64,000 nt of DNA from positions 9,048-73,047 of the forward strand of contig JBKDHA010000169.1 of NCBI GenBank assembly GCA_046335555.1, given 5' to 3'. A program made the translations under genes and the position numbers. Of this stretch, positions 39,508 to 49,567 are shown one piece after another. The notes beneath the pieces were generated by a model. It made no database searches, was not told the DNA's origin, and saw only the letters and a list, made by a program, of their open reading frames with translations. This DNA is from Bacteroidota bacterium (GTDB lineage Bacteria > Bacteroidota > Bacteroidia > Palsa-965). How positions within the stretch are numbered: position 1 is the first letter of the stretch; every line of letters begins with the position of its first letter.

Positions 39508-40743
39508 GTGCGGTTACTGATTTTCTTTTGCGTTTTTGTTATGTGTACCGGTTCTGCAAACGGGCAGCGGGTGCAGGAGCATTATTTTACGTTTGGTGTT
39601 AATGCCGGAATTTTGGGCTGGGCACCTTCGCCGCAAACCAAGATCAGCGGAAACCGCCATTACAGCAGAACGACAAACAGTATTCTAGGCAGTGTGGTTG
39701 ACGATCAGGGGCGTGCCAGATATTCGCTTTTAACAAATACTACATTTGGTTTAACGGGCAGTTATATGTTCCGCAATGGAAAAAACCGAAGCTACACGGC
39801 ATTCTTTGCAGAAGTACAAGCCAACCGTATTTGCTATTCGTTTGAACCGCCGTTTTACTTCTCGGTACAAGGCGATACGTTTGGCGGATGGATTCAAACC
39901 GACCGTTACGTGAAATACGGAATTGGTGTGGAGCAAACCTGGTATCGCGGATCAACAACGACCAACGACGGAGAGCAGTTTTTCTATACACGGTTAGCAT
40001 TCAGTCAAACCAATTTTCACCGCAATTTCGACCGCAAAATAACGCTGGGTTATACCGAAGACTGGCGACAAAACGGTCGCGGAATGGTTTCGCGTATCAC
40101 AGCCTTTAACCCGAAAAGTTTTATGCTGAGCGGCGAATTCGGCATCCGGAATTTTACTTATGACCGAAGCCGGATGCTTGATTTCGGAGTAGCGCTGCAC
40201 GTTCCGTTCAAACATACATATACAGAGGAATACGAGTTTTACGAAAATAATATATCAACCGGCAAGGGCGAACTTAAATACCTCGGGGCTATAATGCAGT
40301 TTACACTTCGATACTCATTCGACTTCCAGTTGCCCGAACCCAAGCCCAAACCAGAGAAACCGGAGGAAAACGATTCAACTTATCTTGCGACAAGTGTTGA
40401 TACAGCCGGGATGATGCTTGATGTTCAGGGACGAATGAAAAGCGGACAGGAAGAAATTGAAATTGTGGTTTGGGATAAAAACGAAATCGACGGCGACCGC
40501 ATTACGCTTATTGTAAACGGACAAGTTGTGCTTTCGGATTACACACTAAAGCGACGGAAAAAAGTATTAAAAGTAAAATTGCAACCCGGCAAAAACTACA
40601 TTGTTATGCGTGCCGAAAATCTGGGAACCAAACCACCCAATACAGCAGCTGTAGAAATAAGAACCAAGGATAAAACCCGAAATGTTACGTTAGTTTCGGA
40701 TAAAGAAAAAAGCGGAGCGATAGAAGTAACTTATAATCCATAG
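39508..40743 (+). CDS. Hypothetical secreted protein
   Basis: Signal peptide. PEPKPKPEKPEE linker. No recognised domain. Confidence 0.5.
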   Translation: MRLLIFFCVFVMCTGSANGQRVQEHYFTFGVNAGILGWAPSPQTKISGNRHYSRTTNSILGSVVDDQGRARYSLLTNTTFGLTGSYMFRNGKNRSYTAFFAEVQANRICYSFEPPFYFSVQGDTFGGWIQTDRYVKYGIGVEQTWYRGSTTTNDGEQFFYTRLAFSQTNFHRNFDRKITLGYTEDWRQNGRGMVSRITAFNPKSFMLSGEFGIRNFTYDRSRMLDFGVALHVPFKHTYTEEYEFYENNISTGKGELKYLGAIMQFTLRYSFDFQLPEPKPKPEKPEENDSTYLATSVDTAGMMLDVQGRMKSGQEEIEIVVWDKNEIDGDRITLIVNGQVVLSDYTLKRRKKVLKVKLQPGKNYIVMRAENLGTKPPNTAAVEIRTKDKTRNVTLVSDKEKSGAIEVTYNP

Positions 40744-40765
40744 ACGAAAGCCAAATATATATTAA

Positions 40766-40798
40766 GCAGAAACTATAATTGGTTTCTGCTTTTTTATT
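40766..40798 (+). terminator. Rho-independent terminator after 39508..40743
   Basis: Hairpin agcagaaac...gtttctgct followed by tttttatt. Confidence 0.7.
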
Positions 40799-40823
40799 AT
40801 CAGCTCTAACCGGAGATTTTTAA

Positions 40824-41056
40824 GTTTTAGAAATCCACAACAGAATACCTAACACTTCCAAAGTTTAGGCAGCCGAAAAACCATAAGCTGTACTCGCAAT
40901 AATGCGGGTACGGTAAATGAGGATTTTTGTGACGAGTTGAAGTTTTTTGAGATCCACAGCAGAACATTTAAAACTTCAAAAGATTGAGGCAGACGAAGGA
41001 ACAAAAACCGGAGTTTACTAATGTAAATGAGGATTTTTGTGACGAGTTGAAGTTTT
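40824..41056. repeat. Imperfect tandem repeat of about 115 bp, about 2.3 copies, containing a perfect 33-bp block (taaatgaggatttttgtgacgagttgaagtttt at 40914-40946 and 41024-41056)
   Basis: Read directly from the sequence. Lies between two intrinsic terminators. Confidence 0.85.
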
Positions 41057-41075
41057 ATATGTTCTGTAGGAAATG

Positions 41076-41148
41076 AAAAAGCGCGTCTAACCCCTTAAAC
41101 GCGCTTTTTCGATAGAATGGCCGATGTACCTAACCCCTTAAATACATC
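41076..41148. terminator. Bidirectional terminator-like hairpin (41076-41109: A5-gcgcg-loop-cgcgc-T5) plus a second hairpin (41123-41148) sharing the identical 13-nt loop ctaaccccttaaa
   Basis: Read directly from the sequence. The stems differ (gcgcg/cgcgc versus gatgta/tacatc) while the loop is conserved. Confidence 0.6.
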
Positions 41149-41451
41149 GAACCTTGTATTGATTACCGGGCGGTAATCGATACAAAAGTACGCATAAAAC
41201 AATACTGAAAACAAGTTTTCCGCTATTTTCCTCCCTGTTAAAGGAAAACAAGTAAATGCACTCACAAAAACTTGATGAGTTTGCGTTTTTAGTGACTATT
41301 CTGAACCCTTGATTTTCCGGGCTTTCAATGATTAAAGTGTTTACATTATATTCAATTGTTAACAACTTGATCTGTTGAAAACTTGTTATGGTTTTTATAT
41401 GTTTACATTATCCAGAACGTAATTTTCAGTACAAAATCTATAAAAAAATCA

Positions 41452-41654
41452 TGAAAAAACACCTGATTTATGCCCCTGCCGGGCTCGTTTTAATTGGTGC
41501 CGGGTTAAGCATGGCCATTGATGCCGGTTTTGCGCGAGCTTCAGGCGATGACTGGGTGATTTACGGTACTTCTGCATTAATCGTGTTTAACAGCGGTATA
41601 TGCATTTTCGGCAGGGCCGTGGTTGAGCAGATCAGAGAAATGAAAAACGGCTGA
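41452..41654 (+). CDS. Possible small 2-TM membrane protein upstream of era
   Basis: 67-aa ORF (MKKHLIYAPAGLVLIGAGL...). Non-overlapping, ends 27 nt before era. Weak support only. Confidence 0.3.
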
Positions 41655-41681
41655 ACTATAAACCTTTGTTACCTTTGTACA

Positions 41682-42563
41682 ATGCACAAAGCCGGATTTG
41701 TTAATATTGTTGGAAACCCGAATGCGGGAAAAAGTACACTCATGAATATTCTGGTGGGTGAACGGCTTTCCATTATTACTCCGAAAGCACAAACTACCCG
41801 TCACCGTATTCTCGGCATTGTAAATGCCGATGATTACCAGATTGTATATTCCGATACTCCGGGAATGCTTCGTCCGCGCTACAAAATGCACGAAGGCATG
41901 ATGCAGTTTGTAGGAACAGCCCTTGCCGATGCTGATGTGCTGCTGTTTATGGTTGATCTTACCGATGATGAACCGCTGCCGGAGGAATACTACAAGCGCA
42001 TTGTAAATGCAAAAGTTCCCCTGCTGCTGTTGCTCAATAAAACTGATGCCGTAAAGCAGGAAAAAATAGATGCAGCCGCGGCACATTGGAAAACAGAATT
42101 GCCCAGAGCTGAGATTTTCTCCCTTTCGGCGCTCAAAAAGACAAATGTGGAGCCAATTCTGGCCCGGATTCTTGAACTTTTGCCCGAACATCCTGCATAT
42201 TACCCTAAAGATGAGCTTACCGATAAGCCCGAACGCTTTTTTGTTTCAGAAATAATTCGCGGAAAAGCGCTTGAACTTTACGATAAAGAAATTCCGTATT
42301 CACTAGAAGTTGTAGTCGAAGAATTCAAAGAAACGGAGCAAATTATTCGCATCCGGGCGCAGCTTTTTACCATGCGCGAAACCCAGAAAGCCATTATTCT
42401 CGGGCATCAGGGCAAGGCCATTAAGCAATTAGGTACCCTGTCGCGTTTGGCAATGGAAGAGTTTCTGCAGAAAAAGGTTTTCCTTGAAATGCATGTAAAA
42501 GTTGACAAAGACTGGCGCGACAGCGAACGCAGGCTGAAGGCCTACGGTTATCTTCCGCGGTAA
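41682..42563 (+). CDS. era: GTPase Era
   Basis: G1 (GNPNAGKST), G3 (DTPG), G4 (NKTD), and a C-terminal KH domain. 293 aa. Confidence 0.95.
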   Translation: MHKAGFVNIVGNPNAGKSTLMNILVGERLSIITPKAQTTRHRILGIVNADDYQIVYSDTPGMLRPRYKMHEGMMQFVGTALADADVLLFMVDLTDDEPLPEEYYKRIVNAKVPLLLLLNKTDAVKQEKIDAAAAHWKTELPRAEIFSLSALKKTNVEPILARILELLPEHPAYYPKDELTDKPERFFVSEIIRGKALELYDKEIPYSLEVVVEEFKETEQIIRIRAQLFTMRETQKAIILGHQGKAIKQLGTLSRLAMEEFLQKKVFLEMHVKVDKDWRDSERRLKAYGYLPR

Positions 42564-42595
42564 GTCATTCGCAGTTTTAAGCTACCTTTGCGGCC

Positions 42596-43900
42596 ATGTC
42601 AAACCTTGTGGCCATTGTGGGCCGCCCCAATGTGGGCAAGTCAACCATCTTTAACCGCCTCACCGGCACGCGCGAAGCCATTGTAGATCCTACATCCGGT
42701 GTTACCCGCGACCGCCATTATGGCCATGCCGAGTGGAATGGCCGCCGCTTTTCGCTGGTGGACACAGGCGGGTATGTGCAAGGCTCTGACGATGTGTTTG
42801 AAGACGAGATCCGCAGGCAGGTTAAAATTGCCATTGAAGAGGCTGTAATTCTGCTTTTTGTGGTGGATGTTGTAGAGGGCATTACCCCGCTCGACGAAGC
42901 CGTTGCCGATCTTATCCGCCGCAGCAAAAAGCCAACATTACTCGTTACCAATAAAGTTGATACTCCTGCCCGCGATCCGATGGCTGCCGAATTTTACAGC
43001 CTTGGTCTCGGCGATCCGTTCAGCGTTTCGGGTGTAAATGGTTCCGGAACCGGTGAGCTTCTTGATGAACTTGTTAATCGTCTCGGCCCCGAAGAAGAAC
43101 AGGTGCCGGATGATCTGCCCCGTCTGGCTATTGTTGGCCGCCCCAATGTTGGTAAATCATCGTTCGTGAATGCGCTGCTTGGCGAGAACAAAAACATAGT
43201 TACAGACATTGCAGGAACCACCCGCGATTCGATTGATACACATTTCAATGGTTTCGGATTTGATGTGCGGCTGATTGATACTGCCGGTCTGCGCAAGAAA
43301 AGCAAAGTTCACGAAGACATCGAATTCTATTCCGTAATGCGCACACTTCGCGCTGTGGAAGATTGTGATATATGCCTGCTGATGATAGATGCTGTTCAGG
43401 GTATCGAATCGCAGGATATGAATATCATTCACCTTGCTATCCGCAATAATAAAGGGTTGGTAATTCTTGTCAACAAATGGGATTTGGTGGAGAAAGACAC
43501 CAAGACTTCAAAAACATTTGAGGAAAACATTCGTCAGAAGATTGCGCCTTTTAAAGATGTGCCCATTGTATTTATTTCGGCAACCACCAAACAGCGTGTT
43601 CTCAAGGCTATTGAGGCGGGTATGATGGTTTATGAAAACCGCCGCCGCCGTATTCCTACGGCCAAACTGAACGAGCTGCTGCTGCCGATTATTGAAGCAA
43701 TGCCGCCGCCGTCGCTCAAAGGAAAGTATGTGAAGATTAAGTATGTTACACAACTGCCTACAAAAACGCCGATGTTTGCGTTTTTCTGTAACCTTCCGCA
43801 GTATGTGAAAGAACCATACAAACGCTTCCTTGAGAATAAACTTCGCGAGAAATTTGATTTCAGCGGCGTTCCGATTGCAATTCTGATGCGCAAAAAGTAA
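42596..43900 (+). CDS. der: Ribosome biogenesis GTPase Der (EngA)
   Basis: Two tandem GTPase domains (GRPNVGKST twice; DTGG/DTAG; NKVD/NKWD) plus a KH-like C-terminus. Confidence 0.95.
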   Translation: MSNLVAIVGRPNVGKSTIFNRLTGTREAIVDPTSGVTRDRHYGHAEWNGRRFSLVDTGGYVQGSDDVFEDEIRRQVKIAIEEAVILLFVVDVVEGITPLDEAVADLIRRSKKPTLLVTNKVDTPARDPMAAEFYSLGLGDPFSVSGVNGSGTGELLDELVNRLGPEEEQVPDDLPRLAIVGRPNVGKSSFVNALLGENKNIVTDIAGTTRDSIDTHFNGFGFDVRLIDTAGLRKKSKVHEDIEFYSVMRTLRAVEDCDICLLMIDAVQGIESQDMNIIHLAIRNNKGLVILVNKWDLVEKDTKTSKTFEENIRQKIAPFKDVPIVFISATTKQRVLKAIEAGMMVYENRRRRIPTAKLNELLLPIIEAMPPPSLKGKYVKIKYVTQLPTKTPMFAFFCNLPQYVKEPYKRFLENKLREKFDFSGVPIAILMRKK

Positions 43901-43918
43901 GCGCAGCTAACTGTTTTT

Positions 43919-44629
43919 TTACTTTATCTGCAATTCGGCAAGAAGTTCGGCAACTTCTTCATCATTGAGTTTTCGCCATTGTCCGGGTTCGAGTTCGTCG
44001 AGTTGCAGTTGCATAATGCGTGTGCGTATCAATTGCGTTACATTGTAGCCAAGCTTCGTACACATTCGCCTGATTTGCCTGTTGAGTCCTTGTGTGAGAA
44101 TTATGCGAAACGCATTCGGGTTTTCACTCACTGCAAATGTTTGTGCTTTGCGTGTTCGTTTTCCCATGATCTCAACTCCCGATGCCATTTGTTCCAAAAA
44201 ATCGGAAGTAACAGGAGCATTCACTTTTACCAAATATTCTTTCTCCTTATTCATTTCGCTCAGCGCAATGCGCTTGAACACCCTGCCATTGTTGGTAAGC
44301 AGCAGCAAACCTTCGGAATCTTTGTCTAGCCGTCCAACAGGATACAGCCGTTCAGGAAAACTAAAGGCCGAAAAAAGATTATCGGAAACAGCTTCGTTCA
44401 GCGTGCATTCAATACCGCGCGGTTTATGAAACAGCACATATATAAATGCTGTTTCATCACGAAGAACTTTTCTGTCGAGCGTGACCTGCTGCCAATTCCC
44501 AACTTTCGCCGAAGGCGGTAAAGCCAATCCATCAACCCGAACGCGGCCTTCTCCGATAATCAAATCAGCTTCATCTTTGGTTATACCAAGACTTCGTGAA
44601 ATGATGGTTCGGAGGCGGAGTACAGACAA
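43919..44629 (-). CDS. rRNA pseudouridine synthase (RsuA/RluB family) with S4 domain
   Basis: Catalytic motif PVGRLDKDSEGLLLLTNNG. N-terminal S4-like segment. Confidence 0.85.
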   Translation of the reverse strand: MSVLRLRTIISRSLGITKDEADLIIGEGRVRVDGLALPPSAKVGNWQQVTLDRKVLRDETAFIYVLFHKPRGIECTLNEAVSDNLFSAFSFPERLYPVGRLDKDSEGLLLLTNNGRVFKRIALSEMNKEKEYLVKVNAPVTSDFLEQMASGVEIMGKRTRKAQTFAVSENPNAFRIILTQGLNRQIRRMCTKLGYNVTQLIRTRIMQLQLDELEPGQWRKLNDEEVAELLAELQIK

Positions 44630-44656
44630 GTTCTGAATGTTGAATTGTGAATGTAT

Positions 44657-44686
44657 AATGATGAATGCAATTATTCATTCATCATT
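44657..44686. repeat. Perfect 11-bp-stem palindrome (aatgatgaatg...cattcatcatt) within a (cattcat)n-like low-complexity spacer between two minus-strand genes
   Basis: Read directly from the sequence. No flanking T-run, so it is not a canonical intrinsic terminator. Confidence 0.6.
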
Positions 44687-44701
44687 CACCATTCATCATT
44701 A

Positions 44702-45943
44702 TTAAAAGGAAAGGTTATTCGGACGACTATACAGCAATTGCAGCACGTTGATGTTTCGCATTTTGAATGCTGCTTCGCAGTAGCAGAGATAGTAATTCCA
44801 TTTACGTGCAAAGTGATCATCGAAACCGAGCGGTTTGATTTCGTTTTGAGCTGTGTTGAAATTAGTGCGCCAGTGTGATAATGTTTTGGCGTAATGCTGT
44901 CCGAGATCTTTTACATTGAGCAAAGTCAGGTCACCGGTTCGGTTAATAGCTGTATTCATTGCGCCGAGCGAGGGCAGGAGAGAGCCGGGGAAAATGTGTT
45001 TCTGGATCCAGTCAACACCTTTGCGGAGTTCTTCAAATCGAGAATCGGGACAGGTGATTACTTGCAGGGCAAGCAGTCCGTCGGGCTTCAGTAATTTATG
45101 GCATTGTGCGAAGTACGGTTCAAAGAATTCGGCACCAACAGCTTCAAGCATTTCGATACTTACAATGCGGTCGAAACTGCCGCTGATGTTACGGTAATCT
45201 TCAAGCACAATTTCTATCCGATCTTCGAGGCCGGCAGCTTTTATGCGTTGCTGCGCAAATTTTTGCTGCTCTTTTGAAATTGTAATGCTGGTTACTTTGC
45301 AGCCGAAATTGGTAGCCATAAAAATGGCATTTCCGCCCCAGCCGCTTCCGATTTCGAGGACATGATGCTCGGGGCGGAGATGCAGCATTGTGCAGAGCCG
45401 GCGGTATTTTGCCTGCTGTGCTTCTTCCAGCGACATATTTTCATTCTCGAAAAAAGCACTTGAGTAGGTCATCGACGGATCGAGCCACGCTGCAAAAAAC
45501 GCATTGCTGAGATCGTAGTGTTCGCTGATGTTTCGCTGTGATCCGCTTCGGCTGTTTGCACGGCGGCGATGTGTAATGAGATTCCAGAATCGGAGTACAT
45601 TCAGGATTGTGCCTTTTGCACTGCTGCCCGAAACAGTGGGCGCATTGTCGATATTAAGCAACATCCATGAAATGACAGCAGTAATGTCGGGCGTATTCCA
45701 AAGCCCGTCAACATAAGCCTCGCCGAAACCAATATCGCCATACAGCAAACAACGGCGAAAGAAATCCGGATCAGTTATTTCGGCGCGCGCATGAATGCCA
45801 CCTGTTCCATCGCCAATCGTAATATCTTCTCCATCGGGCATAATTAGCTCAAGCCGTCCGCGTTTCATACGCATCAGTAAATCAAGCACCGTGCGCTCAT
45901 AAAACGAACGGTTAACAGCAGAGAGTGTAGCAGTCTGTGACAT
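44702..45943 (-). CDS. cfa: Cyclopropane-fatty-acyl-phospholipid synthase family SAM-dependent methyltransferase
   Basis: CMAS-family SAM motif (VLEIGSGWGG). Sits in the conserved amine-oxidase/DUF1365/cfa arrangement. Confidence 0.8.
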   Translation of the reverse strand: MSQTATLSAVNRSFYERTVLDLLMRMKRGRLELIMPDGEDITIGDGTGGIHARAEITDPDFFRRCLLYGDIGFGEAYVDGLWNTPDITAVISWMLLNIDNAPTVSGSSAKGTILNVLRFWNLITHRRRANSRSGSQRNISEHYDLSNAFFAAWLDPSMTYSSAFFENENMSLEEAQQAKYRRLCTMLHLRPEHHVLEIGSGWGGNAIFMATNFGCKVTSITISKEQQKFAQQRIKAAGLEDRIEIVLEDYRNISGSFDRIVSIEMLEAVGAEFFEPYFAQCHKLLKPDGLLALQVITCPDSRFEELRKGVDWIQKHIFPGSLLPSLGAMNTAINRTGDLTLLNVKDLGQHYAKTLSHWRTNFNTAQNEIKPLGFDDHFARKWNYYLCYCEAAFKMRNINVLQLLYSRPNNLSF

Positions 45944-46017
45944 AAATTAGCAAAGTGAAATATACGGCAGGATGTTTTATTTGGTTTTAACAGTGAACAA
46001 GCAAACAAGTTCACATT

Positions 46018-47358
46018 TTACAAATCAATGTCCCAAATAATGTTGCCAGTCGATAAATCAATTGCACACATCTGCAACTGACTTATCATAATTAATTTTC
46101 CGTCGTGTATATCAAACCAGCGGTATCTGAATTCCGGATTCCCGTCAGACATAACTGTTTCAAATGCGCCTAAAGCATCAGCTTTGTCAGGATTGAAGTA
46201 ATAGCGGTTAAGCATCACACTCCAGTTCTGGCGAGCATTATTACCGGCAAAAAGCGACAAGGATGAAATCATACAGCGGCTGGTATCTGTAACATCTTTG
46301 CAATGAAAAATCAGCGCAGTATTATTTCCGGTAATTGATTTATTACTTACCGATCTTAGTCCGCTACTTGAAATCGAGCGAATATCGTAGTTGCATTCAG
46401 CTGTATCGCGTTTTAAATCTGAAATTTTATTATAAGCTTTTCGTTCATTATCATTGAAGCCAGAAGACCAGCCATCGTTTTGAGCCAGAACAGGAAATTG
46501 TTGTTGGAGTTCTTTAATGATTCTGGTCAGCGAATCTTTTGTATTTATAATTTGTTGAATTTGCTCGTTTTGCAATGCTGCAAGTTTTTGCAAATCGCTT
46601 GTAACAATAAATTCGCCTTTGAGGTAGGAGCCGTCAAATTTTCCGGGTTTGTAATCGAACTCCAGCATTCGGCGCGGCTCGCCGCGGAGGTTCACCGAAC
46701 TGTCGCTGCTGATTGATATTGAACTGTTCAGCGGAGATGATGTGGATGTCCAGTTATCGCAACTGATAATGTCTTCGGTAGTTTTGGTGAGTGTTTGAGC
46801 CGCCGGGTTATAGTTGTAGCGAAAGCCCGAGAGATCGGTTACAATAATCGTTTGATGCGCTGCATCCATACCGTAAAACTGTCCGATCAGCGGCCAGTCG
46901 GGAACTGCAAACTTGAAGTTGCTGAACGGGGCAGCAGCAATGAGTTGCGGCTGTGTTTTTTCTGTTTCTAATGTTCTCGGATTTCTGTAATGAAAACCTA
47001 ATTCCGGATTCATGCTGAACATCCAGAGTTTGCCATTAACAAGACCAATAATCCGGCATTCGCCATCCTTCTGTCCTTCGCCAAGTTCTACCCGCGCCAA
47101 AAGTTTTCCGGTTGCAAAGTCATAAGCTGATAAACGATATTCGGCATAACCGCTGATGCGTGTCATACCACCGCCAGATGACTTACTGGTAGCCTGAAAA
47201 ATTTCTTCGCGGTTGATGATTACTGTTCCCGATTTATCGGTATATAACAGTGTACACATAATATCATCTGCACGGTCTGTCATCACATCTTTATGAAAAC
47301 AGGACTGCAGCGAGATTGCAAAGAAGCTGAGAAGAATAAGGGAGAACAGGTTACGCAT
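46018..47358 (-). CDS. Hypothetical secreted protein (possible PQQ-like beta-propeller)
   Basis: Signal peptide. C-terminal 'GKLIMIS...LSTGNIIWDIDL' resembles PQQ-repeat blades. Confidence 0.5.
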   Translation of the reverse strand: MRNLFSLILLSFFAISLQSCFHKDVMTDRADDIMCTLLYTDKSGTVIINREEIFQATSKSSGGGMTRISGYAEYRLSAYDFATGKLLARVELGEGQKDGECRIIGLVNGKLWMFSMNPELGFHYRNPRTLETEKTQPQLIAAAPFSNFKFAVPDWPLIGQFYGMDAAHQTIIVTDLSGFRYNYNPAAQTLTKTTEDIISCDNWTSTSSPLNSSISISSDSSVNLRGEPRRMLEFDYKPGKFDGSYLKGEFIVTSDLQKLAALQNEQIQQIINTKDSLTRIIKELQQQFPVLAQNDGWSSGFNDNERKAYNKISDLKRDTAECNYDIRSISSSGLRSVSNKSITGNNTALIFHCKDVTDTSRCMISSLSLFAGNNARQNWSVMLNRYYFNPDKADALGAFETVMSDGNPEFRYRWFDIHDGKLIMISQLQMCAIDLSTGNIIWDIDL

Positions 47359-47411
47359 GTCCGAAAATAGTAAAACCTGCGAAATGCTGCAATCCTGATT
47401 TAAGGCACTGT

Positions 47412-48209
47412 TTATTCACTGCTTTTCTTATCGTAAGGCCGAAGTACATCTCGCTGAAGTTCGGAGTATTCGGCTTTGCGGAAGAAACGCAGCTTTTTGA
47501 ACCAAAGCCTGAACGCATGCCAATGAATCAAGCCAATAATTTGAAGCGTAATAAACGGGAAGCGCAGCCCAAATCCGAGCAAACGCCCTGTAGTTATTGG
47601 TTTTCGTTTACCGGTGAGCGTGCTCAGGAAGAAACGTCGCCCTTCTTTATAATCATCAATTCTGATATTCAGCGTTTCTCCGGGCGGATGTAATCTGAAA
47701 TCAAACTCAGCATCGTGCTCAATAAACGGCGAAACATAAAAGTATTTAGGCTGTCGCTTATGAAACAACTTACCATCGAAATGCGACTGATCGAGCAGGT
47801 AAAGCTTCATTTCGTGATAGGTATTGCGTACTTCGGCAATTACATATAACGGTTTCCCGGCTTCATCAAAACAATAATAAAATGAAACCGGATTAAACAC
47901 ATAGCCAAGTACCCGCAAATGTGTAAGCAGCATAATAGTTGCCGGCAATTCTGAAATGCCCTGTTCGTTCAGCCATGTGTTTATTGAATCACGCAGCGGA
48001 ATCGGCTTTTTCAGATCAGTCTGAAGATGATCGCGATCGTAAAAACCAAAAAGATTGAAGCGATTGCGGCTCACAATTGGCAAGCGTTTCAGATCAGCTT
48101 CAATTGTATCAAGATTCAGGTAAAAGAAAAAAAGACCGTAATGAAACCGATGCTTTTTCGGTTCCAGACGGTTGTGCATTACGGTTGCGCGGTAGAGACA
48201 CGATTGCAT
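47412..48209 (-). CDS. DUF1365 domain protein
   Basis: N-terminal YRATVMHNRLEPKKHRFHYGLFFFYLNLD is the DUF1365 signature. Typical partner of cfa and amine-oxidase genes. Confidence 0.8.
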   Translation of the reverse strand: MQSCLYRATVMHNRLEPKKHRFHYGLFFFYLNLDTIEADLKRLPIVSRNRFNLFGFYDRDHLQTDLKKPIPLRDSINTWLNEQGISELPATIMLLTHLRVLGYVFNPVSFYYCFDEAGKPLYVIAEVRNTYHEMKLYLLDQSHFDGKLFHKRQPKYFYVSPFIEHDAEFDFRLHPPGETLNIRIDDYKEGRRFFLSTLTGKRKPITTGRLLGFGLRFPFITLQIIGLIHWHAFRLWFKKLRFFRKAEYSELQRDVLRPYDKKSSE

Positions 48210-48301
48210 TACTGTGAAGATACGGTTCTGATTGATGTACAGATTGCCGCGAAAAAAGAATGTTTATGCTCACTTTGCATGATTCATTTACATTCACCTA
48301 A

Positions 48302-49564
48302 TCAATTCGCCTTTAATATGTCTTTCTTTGATAAGCTCCTGCACAGCTCAACAGCCGACATTAAAGCATCTTCATGAAATCCATACCTGAAATAACTTCC
48401 GCAGAAGTAAACAGAATCTTTCTCGTTTAGTGTCTGTAATTCGGTTTGTGCTTTGCGGGCTTTTACATCAAAAAGCGGATGCTCGTAATCGATTTCCCGA
48501 ATAATTTTTTTCGGATCAATTGCATCAGCACCATTGATGGAAACAAAGTAGTTCCGCTTTTCTGAAACGCCTTGCAAGCTGTTCATCCAATAAATCGTAC
48601 TCGGTAAATTATCGCTGCCGATGCGGTAGTTCCATGATGACCAGGCGCGTTTTGTTTTTGGCATCAGGGTTTCATCAGTATGCACAATTGCTCTGTTGGG
48701 TTGATAGCTGAAACAACTCAACAGACGCTGTTCGTTATCGGTAGGTTGTTGCAGAATGCGCAATGCCTGATCGGCGTGACAAGCGAAAATTACTTTGTCG
48801 AATATTTGTGTGTGTCCGCTGCGCGTGCGTACTTCAACGCGTCCATCGCTGAGCCGATTTACTTTTGCAGCACCATCATTAAGCCTGATGCGGTTGGCAA
48901 ACGGCGCAATAATTTTATCGCGATACATGCGACTGCCGTCGGTTACGGTGTACCATTGATGCTGAGTGTGTAAGCCAAGAAAGCCGTGATTGTGGAAAAA
49001 GCGAATAAGTGTAAGTGCCGGAAAATCGAGCATTTTATCGGGTGGTGTTGACCACACAGCTCCGCTCATCGGGATCAGGTATTTTTGCAGAAAGTCATCA
49101 CCGAGACTCAGCGCTCTGCAAAAATCTCGCACACTCCAGCTTTCAATTGTGGGGTTGTTCAGCAGCTTTATACTCTCGCGGTTAAAGCGGGAAATCTGCA
49201 TCAGCATTCGAACAAACCTTGGATTAGCAATGTTTTTTCGTTGTGCAAATAAGCCGTTTAAGCCGGAGCCGCAATATTCTAGGCCGCTTGGCAAATGCTG
49301 AACACCAAACGACATACTTGTTGGCTTGGTATCAACCTGAAGTTCAGCAAAAAGCTTGGTCAGTAATGGATAAGTTACATGGTTAAACACCATGAAGCCG
49401 GTATCAAAGTAAACGTGCTTATTATCTTCTTCAACAGCAATTGTATTGGTATGTCCGCCCGCATAACTATCCTGTTCAAAAACAGTAATGTCATATTCGC
49501 GATGCAGAAAATGTCCGCAACTCATACCGGCTATTCCGGTTCCAATTATTGCGAGAGTTTGCAA
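48302..49564 (-). CDS. NAD(P)/FAD-dependent oxidoreductase (amine-oxidase-like)
   Basis: Dinucleotide-binding motif (IIGTGIAGMSCGHFL...VFEQDSYAGGH). 420 aa. Confidence 0.85.
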   Translation of the reverse strand: MQTLAIIGTGIAGMSCGHFLHREYDITVFEQDSYAGGHTNTIAVEEDNKHVYFDTGFMVFNHVTYPLLTKLFAELQVDTKPTSMSFGVQHLPSGLEYCGSGLNGLFAQRKNIANPRFVRMLMQISRFNRESIKLLNNPTIESWSVRDFCRALSLGDDFLQKYLIPMSGAVWSTPPDKMLDFPALTLIRFFHNHGFLGLHTQHQWYTVTDGSRMYRDKIIAPFANRIRLNDGAAKVNRLSDGRVEVRTRSGHTQIFDKVIFACHADQALRILQQPTDNEQRLLSCFSYQPNRAIVHTDETLMPKTKRAWSSWNYRIGSDNLPSTIYWMNSLQGVSEKRNYFVSINGADAIDPKKIIREIDYEHPLFDVKARKAQTELQTLNEKDSVYFCGSYFRYGFHEDALMSAVELCRSLSKKDILKAN

Positions 49565-49567
49565 AGT

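Noticed and set aside
40914-41056. Two identical 33-bp repeats that might be mistaken for a CRISPR array
   Set aside because: There are only two copies, the spacing is about 77 bp, and the repeat is embedded in a longer imperfect 115-bp tandem unit. No cas genes are present. It is treated as a tandem repeat or sRNA candidate instead.
44657-44686. Palindrome between the pseudouridine synthase gene and cfa as an intrinsic terminator
   Set aside because: The 11-bp perfect stem is real, but it is not followed by a U-run on the transcribed minus strand and it sits in (cattcat)n low-complexity sequence. Its function is uncertain.
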